Shown here in pieces: positions 57,759-64,000 of a stretch of 64,000 nt of DNA. The stretch lies in the IMG/VR virus record IMGVR_UViG_3300037067_009054, one strand, 5' to 3'. Made by a program: the position numbers and the translations under genes. The notes beneath the pieces are model-generated. The model ran no database searches, was not told where the DNA came from, and saw nothing but the letters and a program-made list of their open reading frames with translations. This DNA comes from an uncultured virus (IMG/VR IMGVR_UViG_3300037067_009054) (lineage: Duplodnaviria > Heunggongvirae > Uroviricota > Caudoviricetes). The first letter of the stretch is position 1; the number at the start of each line of letters is the position of its first letter.

Positions 57759-58961
57759 ATGACAATGTTTAGTAATCCAGTAGTCATTTCTCAAGGTCCC
57801 GCAGGTGCTCCAGTTTATCTTTACCAGGCGTGGGCATCTGATGCCATCGGCACTGGATTTACTACTGTCTTTGATCCTGCACTTGATTATACTGCATTTA
57901 AAATTTCATATTCCATTCTCACTCCGGTCGTTGGTGATTTTACTGGCCTCTGGAAGAATTATAAAGGTGCTACTGGTGCTGCTTCGTATACTTATATCGC
58001 GTATGCCTTAGATTCTGCTGGCAATGGATTCACTAACACTTATGATCCCACTCTTGATTATATAGCAATTAAGCCCACGACTTCTCCCCTCACTCCTCCT
58101 GTAGCTAGTGACTTCGTTGGCTTATGGAAGAATTATAAAGGTGCTCCTGGCACTGATCCAATAGGTAACGTTGCTGCTACTAGTCCTACTGTTAATTCTG
58201 ATTCAGCTCATGGTTACTCTGTTGGTTCGTGGTGGTGGAATACCACTTTACATATAAAGTTCAGTTGTGAATCTGCTGCCGTTGGTGCCGCTGTTTGGCG
58301 TCAAATCTGGCCCGCTGTTCCCGGTGCGCTCTCTATCACAAATGACATGCTGGCTGGATCTATTGGTACTGATAAACTCGTAGAATCTGCAAATGTGTCC
58401 GATGCTATCACTAAGAAGCATACGCAGGCATCTGATGATAATTTCAATGGGCTGTCGGCTAAGACCGCTTTTTCTGATGCAGATCCACTTTTGATCTACA
58501 GTATAGCGGACTCCGCCTACCGGAAGATGACGCTCGGAGATGCTAAGAAGCTCATATTGTTTGCGGTCGATACCACTGCTACAGGGCAGGTTATCGCCGA
58601 TAGTACAGATACGAAGATTGCTGCTGGCTTATCAGCATCCGCTACGATCGATACCCTTTCCGGTTGGGATGGCGTCAATAAGAAATATGTCTGCAAAGAG
58701 GCAGGCGTTTATTTTATTCTCGCGTGTGTCTTTTTCGAAGCAAATATTGCAGGAGACAGGCGAGTTCATGTCCGAGTTAATAATTCGCAGGTTCTAGAAG
58801 GCCTGGCTGGCTCGTGGGCCTCTGGATGGGGTGAGGTCTTAGGTTTTTCTCTTACCACGTTAGCTGTCAACGATTATGTTGAGCTTTGGGCTTTACAAAC
58901 ATCCGGAGGCAACCTTACCTGCCAATGGGGTAATAAGTTGTATATGATCCGAGTGGGATAA
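57759..58961 (+). CDS. Fibre protein with duplicated N-terminal repeat and C1q-like C-terminus
   Basis: Two Y.A.A.D..G.GFT..DP.LDY...DF.GLWKNYKGA.G repeats; AGVYFI...LAVNDYVELW. Confidence 0.75.
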   Translation: MTMFSNPVVISQGPAGAPVYLYQAWASDAIGTGFTTVFDPALDYTAFKISYSILTPVVGDFTGLWKNYKGATGAASYTYIAYALDSAGNGFTNTYDPTLDYIAIKPTTSPLTPPVASDFVGLWKNYKGAPGTDPIGNVAATSPTVNSDSAHGYSVGSWWWNTTLHIKFSCESAAVGAAVWRQIWPAVPGALSITNDMLAGSIGTDKLVESANVSDAITKKHTQASDDNFNGLSAKTAFSDADPLLIYSIADSAYRKMTLGDAKKLILFAVDTTATGQVIADSTDTKIAAGLSASATIDTLSGWDGVNKKYVCKEAGVYFILACVFFEANIAGDRRVHVRVNNSQVLEGLAGSWASGWGEVLGFSLTTLAVNDYVELWALQTSGGNLTCQWGNKLYMIRVG

Positions 58962-59012
58962 TCTCTAGTTATATCCATCTATTTTTTATACTCGAAAATC
59001 TTATTTTAGTGC

Positions 59013-59282
59013 ATGGCTGATGAAATTCCTCCCGTTGTCTCTGATCAGAGTCAAGCATTGCTCGAAGGAACATTTGAAATTGAATATGCTCCCGGAAAGA
59101 TTTCTGCAAAAGGGCTTCGACTATTCCTTATTGCTCTTATAGTCGTTACTCCTGTTGTTCTCGTTATGTGTTATCTTTCAATTAAAAATCCAGATCCAAA
59201 CAATGTAACTCGTCTCTATGAGATCGCATTGATGGTCTTGATATTCTTCTTCGGTAGGGCCTCTACAGGTGCCAAAGTATAG
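59013..59282 (+). CDS. Two-TM membrane protein (holin-like)
   Basis: Two hydrophobic helices, ends FFFGR. Confidence 0.6.
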   Translation: MADEIPPVVSDQSQALLEGTFEIEYAPGKISAKGLRLFLIALIVVTPVVLVMCYLSIKNPDPNNVTRLYEIALMVLIFFFGRASTGAKV

Positions 59283-59291
59283 GAGCTTATC

Positions 59292-59627
59292 ATGGAAAAC
59301 GATGGTCAAATGTCTGCTGGCGATCTTCGCGAATCTCGTCCAAATTTCCTTGAAGGCATCGATCCTACCATGATAGATCACGATCATGTTCCTCAAATAT
59401 TAACCGCCATCTTGAACCAGATGGCAGTTGTATGTGGTTGTATGAATCGCATGGAATCTAAACAACGTGAGACTGAAAATTATTTGCTTCTTTTTAGGGT
59501 TTCAAAATGCGGCTGGGACTGGATAAAAGATGCTAATAACATTAAGGCTGTCATTGCTTTAATCGGTGGTTTCACTGTTGTTGATTTTACTACTCGTTAT
59601 TTGTTCTGGTTTGTTTGGCCCAAGTAA
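59292..59627 (+). CDS. Coiled-coil protein with C-terminal hydrophobic helix
   Basis: AGGAG RBS; IKAVIALIGGFTVV. Confidence 0.6.
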   Translation: MENDGQMSAGDLRESRPNFLEGIDPTMIDHDHVPQILTAILNQMAVVCGCMNRMESKQRETENYLLLFRVSKCGWDWIKDANNIKAVIALIGGFTVVDFTTRYLFWFVWPK

Positions 59628-59713
59628 ATTTAATCGGTCCATCGTAATAGGGCCGATCTTATTCAATGAATAACTATTTTTATTTGAACTCCTGTACATC
59701 TTATGGTGAAATC

Positions 59714-60916
59714 GTGAAAAATTGGTTCATTTTAGGAATTGTTGTCTGGGCCTGTCTTCTTGCTCTGACATGTACTGCTTTTGCGACTAATTGGGATGCA
59801 CTTCCTACTTATACTTATACTGGTAGTACGTGGTCTGGCTTGCATTCCTTTATTGATACTTATGGTACTGGTACATATCTCGTCGGTTCCATGTCTACTA
59901 CTTCGTCTACCTTTTATGTTGATCAAAATTATGTTCGCATAAAAGGTACCGTTGGTTTTCCGGCTGATGGTGACTATATGATAGGTGCTGGTATTTACAC
60001 TGTACCTAGCCGTATCGTTGATTATAGTGGCGCGGGTAAATTTACTACGTCTAAAACCAGTGGCAATGCTATTGATATCAGTGGAACTGGCGTTGTTCTT
60101 GAGAATATGGAAATTCTTAATTCGCGTGGGTCTTCCAGTACTGCCAATTGTCTGTACGTACATTCCGCCCAGCCTGAGTTGCATAACGTTCGTATTAGGA
60201 ATGGTGCTGGCAATGCTATACTTGCTGAAAATACACATGATCTCATTACTGATCGTGTATATGTTAGTAACTTGTGGTCTGATTTGGGTGTAACTGGCAT
60301 TGGAACTGGTGTTAAGCTTGTTAATAGTAATACCGATCCTAGATTCAATGATATTACGGTGTGTTATGGCTACTGCGGTTATAACCTTACTGGTTCATCT
60401 GGTCTTATATCTAATACTATGCAGTGTTACGATGCAAATTATCCTACGATCATAGATCCTGCATCTAATGGCGCATGTGATGATATGACTTTTAGGATTG
60501 CCGTATTCGATGTTGGATATCGTGGTTCTAATGCTGAAGGTTTGTGGATGGGTTGGCAGAATTCCAATACCATTGATAATATCCAGATATATAACATTTG
60601 GGCGTATGGTCATGCCAGTGGAGTTTCGATAGGTCATGGTACAAACATTGGTATTTATGGTGGTGGCATTTCATCTGATAATTATGCAATGTATCTTTAT
60701 CAGGGTGTCAATCCCATAACTATCCAAGGTATTAACATTATTAGTTCTGGTCATAACTACTATGCTCTCACGTTAAACAATCCTGGTTCTGCTACTTTGC
60801 TCGGAAATGAGTTCGATTCTTCACTTGCTGCGTATTTAACAGGTACCTATTATTTCGGTGGCAATCTCGGCACTGGATCTATTCAAGGTACTGTTTCGTG
60901 GAGTCATTTCAATTAA
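59714..60916 (+). CDS. Secreted right-handed beta-helix protein
   Basis: Start moved to GTG 59714 (GGTGA RBS); signal peptide; N/G/I repeats. Confidence 0.75.
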   Translation: MKNWFILGIVVWACLLALTCTAFATNWDALPTYTYTGSTWSGLHSFIDTYGTGTYLVGSMSTTSSTFYVDQNYVRIKGTVGFPADGDYMIGAGIYTVPSRIVDYSGAGKFTTSKTSGNAIDISGTGVVLENMEILNSRGSSSTANCLYVHSAQPELHNVRIRNGAGNAILAENTHDLITDRVYVSNLWSDLGVTGIGTGVKLVNSNTDPRFNDITVCYGYCGYNLTGSSGLISNTMQCYDANYPTIIDPASNGACDDMTFRIAVFDVGYRGSNAEGLWMGWQNSNTIDNIQIYNIWAYGHASGVSIGHGTNIGIYGGGISSDNYAMYLYQGVNPITIQGINIISSGHNYYALTLNNPGSATLLGNEFDSSLAAYLTGTYYFGGNLGTGSIQGTVSWSHFN

Positions 60917-60934
60917 TTAGGTTTAGGTGATGTC

Positions 60935-62110
60935 ATGAAAGGAATACTTGGAATTGTTGTGTTAGTTCTTATGAGCTTATTGTTTATTGGCATTGCTGGC
61001 TCTGAGGTTTTTACCTACACTGGCAATACTGGTAGTGGCTTGGCTACATTTGTTTCTAATAATGGTGCTGGAACGTATCACGCTGTTAATGATATATTAG
61101 TTACTTCTCAGGTCAATATTCCCGTTGATCAAGTCAGATTTGAAGATATAGAATATACCATTTCAATGCCTAGTGGAAATGCTATTTATAACACAGGAAA
61201 TGGTATCGAGTATGAAGGTTGTACTATTCGACAATATAATACCGATACTAGTGTTAATTGCTTAGTTTTTCATAATGCATCTAACATTGGCAATGGCGTT
61301 GTTGTTGCTAGTCCACAAGTAATTGATACAGTCGTATATAATTACGGTAGTGGTATTGGTATCTCTCTATACAATCCTTGGATTAGTTATATCAAAGGAT
61401 CATCTGTTAATGGATACGGTCATAGCCAGGGTATAGGTATAAAGTATGATGGCACAAGATGTATGGAACCTCATCTTACTGATGTAAATGTTGATCATGG
61501 ATATTATGGAATATACATTGCTGGTATACAGGGTGTGTATGGGCAACGTGTCAGTTGCACTAATCAATTCCTTCCACTCGCGATTGATCCTAGCTCTGAT
61601 TATATGCTGTGTTCTAATATATTGTTCAGTGATTCTCGGTTTGATGTTGGTTATTCTGGTGGTGAAGCTGTTACTGTTGGATGGGTTAATTATCCTACCC
61701 CAGTTGGTCTTATTCAAACTATCAACTTCGATAATTGTGACATCGTAGGAAGTAGCGCAGGCATTTCCGTCATGTATGGAAAGTATATTACCATATCTAG
61801 GAGTCGTCTTTCTTCTATTCAGAACTGTCTCTATCTATATTCATATGTAGATAGGGCTTTGTTGACTGATTCCACTATTACTTCATTTAGCCAAAGTGTT
61901 CCTGCCATATGCAGTAGTGGTGATAATGTACTCATAAATGGAAATGGCTTTACTACATCGCCTTACACTGCCTGGTTCACCGATTCTAATAAGCGTTTTC
62001 TTATCAACTTTAATAACCACGTTGCTAAGATTTGCATTGGCCCCGGTCAAATTCAGGTTCCGATCGTTGGTGATCCTAATTACGGTGTTGGTTATAATAG
62101 TAATCCTTAG
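60935..62110 (+). CDS. Secreted right-handed beta-helix protein (paralog of the previous gene)
   Basis: Shared TYTG.T.SGL..F....G.GTY, IDP.S, FDVGY motifs. Confidence 0.75.
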   Translation: MKGILGIVVLVLMSLLFIGIAGSEVFTYTGNTGSGLATFVSNNGAGTYHAVNDILVTSQVNIPVDQVRFEDIEYTISMPSGNAIYNTGNGIEYEGCTIRQYNTDTSVNCLVFHNASNIGNGVVVASPQVIDTVVYNYGSGIGISLYNPWISYIKGSSVNGYGHSQGIGIKYDGTRCMEPHLTDVNVDHGYYGIYIAGIQGVYGQRVSCTNQFLPLAIDPSSDYMLCSNILFSDSRFDVGYSGGEAVTVGWVNYPTPVGLIQTINFDNCDIVGSSAGISVMYGKYITISRSRLSSIQNCLYLYSYVDRALLTDSTITSFSQSVPAICSSGDNVLINGNGFTTSPYTAWFTDSNKRFLINFNNHVAKICIGPGQIQVPIVGDPNYGVGYNSNP

Positions 62111-62113
62111 TCA

Positions 62114-62137
62114 ATCCTCGGCCCGATGGCCGAGGAT
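62114..62137. repeat. Hairpin at convergent junction
   Basis: atcctcggcc-cgat-ggccgaggat. Confidence 0.9.
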
Positions 62138-62146
62138 AATATTTAT

Positions 62147-62437
62147 CTAGTCTGGTACAAAACACATTGATGAACTTGTTTGCTTTTCTTCTTTGTCTCG
62201 TGTTATTGTTCTGTATATCCATCCTTTTTTTACTCTTAGTCTCATAGTGTTTGTCATTAACGTTGATCCTTTCATGTTTTCCCATGTTCCCTTTGGTTCG
62301 TATATGTTTTCTATCATCAATGATATTCTTGATGCTATTTTATCAGTTGTATTTGTGTCTATGTTCTCTCCTATTCTTCCATTTGCTACTTCTTCATTGA
62401 TTATTTTCTCTATTTCTTCATGTAAGTTAAATGTCAT
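62147..62437 (-). CDS. Hypothetical protein
   Basis: TMRLRVKKGWIYRT...MCFVP; ATGA coupling. Confidence 0.6.
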   Translation of the reverse strand: MTFNLHEEIEKIINEEVANGRIGENIDTNTTDKIASRISLMIENIYEPKGTWENMKGSTLMTNTMRLRVKKGWIYRTITRDKEEKQTSSSMCFVPD

Positions 62438-62775
62438 TTCTTATTCCTCAGTGACCATATATGTTTTCTAAAGCAACTTGGGCATATATCTAATTCTAAT
62501 ACAAATGGTTCTTCACTTATTGTGTTCATTCTCCTCATTGCAACTGTTATCGTTCCATGTTCTCTGTTTTCTTTATTGTCCCATGTCCATGTGTTTGCAT
62601 GAAATGTTGTTTGTGGTAAATCTATTTCTTCTCTTTTTGCATTCCAACCATTGCTATCAAAATCCCATTCTGTGTGATTTGATTTACATTCTGTTCCACA
62701 TATATCACATTTTATACTATCTAACACTTTTCTTTCTATCTTTTTTGTTTTTGTTACTTCTTTTATCATTATCAA
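62434..62775 (-). CDS. Zn-binding hypothetical protein
   Basis: CDICG...DICPSC. Confidence 0.65.
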   Translation of the reverse strand: MIMIKEVTKTKKIERKVLDSIKCDICGTECKSNHTEWDFDSNGWNAKREEIDLPQTTFHANTWTWDNKENREHGTITVAMRRMNTISEEPFVLELDICPSCFRKHIWSLRNKK

Positions 62776-63266
62776 TCCTCCCTCAGTTCGTCTCTTACTT
62801 TCATTAGTAATTTCCCTAACATGTCCTGTCCGAAAAAATATCCATCATCTGATACTACCACTCCCCAAAATGTATCCGTTGGCGAGCATTCATGTAATGG
62901 TAAATCTCCTGTATCTAATAATTGTTTTGCTAAACAATCATTTTTGAATTTTAGCCTCAATCCTTCAAGCATTATTTTTTCTTTTTTCTTTTCCCAGTTT
63001 TTTATTACTTCTCCTTTTTCTTCTCTTAGTGCCCTTCCTGCCATCATTGCTGCATATGCTGTTGGTGCTATTCTTATCCATTCTTGCATTGCTGGATCTT
63101 TTGCTCTCTTTGATTGATAGTAGTGTTCGTTTGCTTCATATATTTTCCATCCTCCTTTTGTTTTTTCGAATATTTTGTCTCTCCAAAGGTTTGATAGGAA
63201 ACCGTGTTCCTCTTCTCTTATATAGAAGCATATATGCTCTTTTCCGTCTAATGTCTTTTTAATCAT
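62772..63266 (-). CDS. NADAR family protein
   Basis: FLSNL, EHYYQSKR, GLRLKF, LLDTGD..L.E.SPTDTFWG, GQDMLGKLLMKVR. Confidence 0.9.
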   Translation of the reverse strand: MIKKTLDGKEHICFYIREEEHGFLSNLWRDKIFEKTKGGWKIYEANEHYYQSKRAKDPAMQEWIRIAPTAYAAMMAGRALREEKGEVIKNWEKKKEKIMLEGLRLKFKNDCLAKQLLDTGDLPLHECSPTDTFWGVVVSDDGYFFGQDMLGKLLMKVRDELRED

Positions 63267-64000
63267 TCTCCAAACACCTCGTTATAACACATTATTCTTG
63301 CTTGTGCGTGGTCCCTCAGCCATTTACCTTGATCTAGTATGTCTACTATTATTGCTTCGTTTGTTCCTTTCTTTGGTCTCAGTCCTCTTCCTACTCTCTG
63401 AATCATTGCTACTTCAGATTTTCCTCCTGCTGCCATTATGATGGCATCTAGGTTTGGTATATCCACTCCTTCTCCTAGTAGTGTTGACACTAGTCCCATT
63501 AATTTTCCTCTTTTGAAATCTTCCAGTTCCTTTATTCTTAGTTTATTTAGTGCTGATTGGCTTTCTCCTTTTAGTGCTGTACCGTAAATGAACTTAGATC
63601 CTTCTATTTTCTGTGCTATCTGTTTTCCATGTGCTATCTGTGTTACATGTATGTATACTGAATGTCCTTCTGCTATCAGTCTTTTTGCTTCTTTTGCTAT
63701 TAATTCATTTCTCGCATCGTTCATTACTATTTGATTTTTATAAGCTTCTGCATAGTTCTTTCCTGTTCCTCCTGGTGGTGCCTGTAAGAACTTGAATTTT
63801 GGTTTTGCCAGATAACCTTGTTCTATTAATTCCTTTATTGTTATCACTTTAATAATCGGCCCTATCGCTGCAAAGAATTTCAGCTCGTTCCCGTCCTCCC
63901 GGCGAGGCGTCGCCGTGAGTCCGATTCTATAGAATGCATTTGTTTTCATTGCTATCTTATAGAATGTGTCTGCCGGGCAGTGATGTACTTCGTCCATCAC
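63263..64000 (-). CDS. SF2 helicase (XPB/Rad25-like), 5' part outside the window
   Basis: DEVHH, GLTATPRREDG, LGEGVDIP, IQRVGRGLR. Confidence 0.9.
   Translation of the reverse strand: MMDEVHHCPADTFYKIAMKTNAFYRIGLTATPRREDGNELKFFAAIGPIIKVITIKELIEQGYLAKPKFKFLQAPPGGTGKNYAEAYKNQIVMNDARNELIAKEAKRLIAEGHSVYIHVTQIAHGKQIAQKIEGSKFIYGTALKGESQSALNKLRIKELEDFKRGKLMGLVSTLLGEGVDIPNLDAIIMAAGGKSEVAMIQRVGRGLRPKKGTNEAIIVDILDQGKWLRDHAQARIMCYNEVFGE

Larger units (their letters stand above)
1..64000. mobile_element. Archaeal virus or virus-like element (partial genome), apparently not a head-tail virus
   Basis: Dense short hypothetical ORFs, prim-pols, helicases, DUF932, fibre/adhesin genes, no cellular housekeeping genes; archaeal RBS and TATA signals; no terminase, portal or HK97 capsid recognised in the window. 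Confidence 0.8.

Noticed and set aside
53231..62110. Diversity-generating retroelement acting on fibre genes
   Set aside because: No reverse transcriptase and no template/variable repeat pair seen
1..64000. Stop-codon reassignment or pyrrolysine read-through
   Set aside because: ORFs tile tightly under the standard code, and the TAG-ended genes I checked do not continue in frame into the next gene

Overview
The window looks like part of the genome of an uncharacterised archaeal virus or virus-like element. The host is probably a methanogen, inferred from GGAGGTGA/GGTGA ribosome-binding sites, TATA boxes about 25 nt before leaderless starts, and PEGA, NosD-type beta-helix and HTH_45-like proteins. 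It encodes two primase-polymerases (one fused to a Zn finger and an SF2-like helicase), a second SF2 helicase, a PD-(D/E)XK nuclease, DUF932, radical SAM, SLOG, NADAR and ASCH proteins, an amino-sugar/glycosyltransferase operon, large probable virion proteins and fibre/beta-helix adhesins. I recognise no terminase, portal, HK97 capsid, PolB, integrase, tRNA or CRISPR array. Most notable: (1) more than 25 GC-rich hairpins, most with a TCG...CGA stem core, at gene junctions and inside genes, some as direct-repeat pairs bracketing genes like cassettes; (2) a four-way-junction element at 10261-10371; (3) a ~60-bp inverted repeat next to the primase-helicase gene (candidate origin); (4) a T/C-rich plus strand regardless of gene direction; (5) a Cys-rich cluster with a ferredoxin:thioredoxin-reductase-like domain, plus three consecutive large proteins sharing an N-terminal C-x-[IL]-x-N-A motif, possibly a viral disulfide/virion-maturation system. 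All functional calls come from recognising motifs by eye; no database searches were run.
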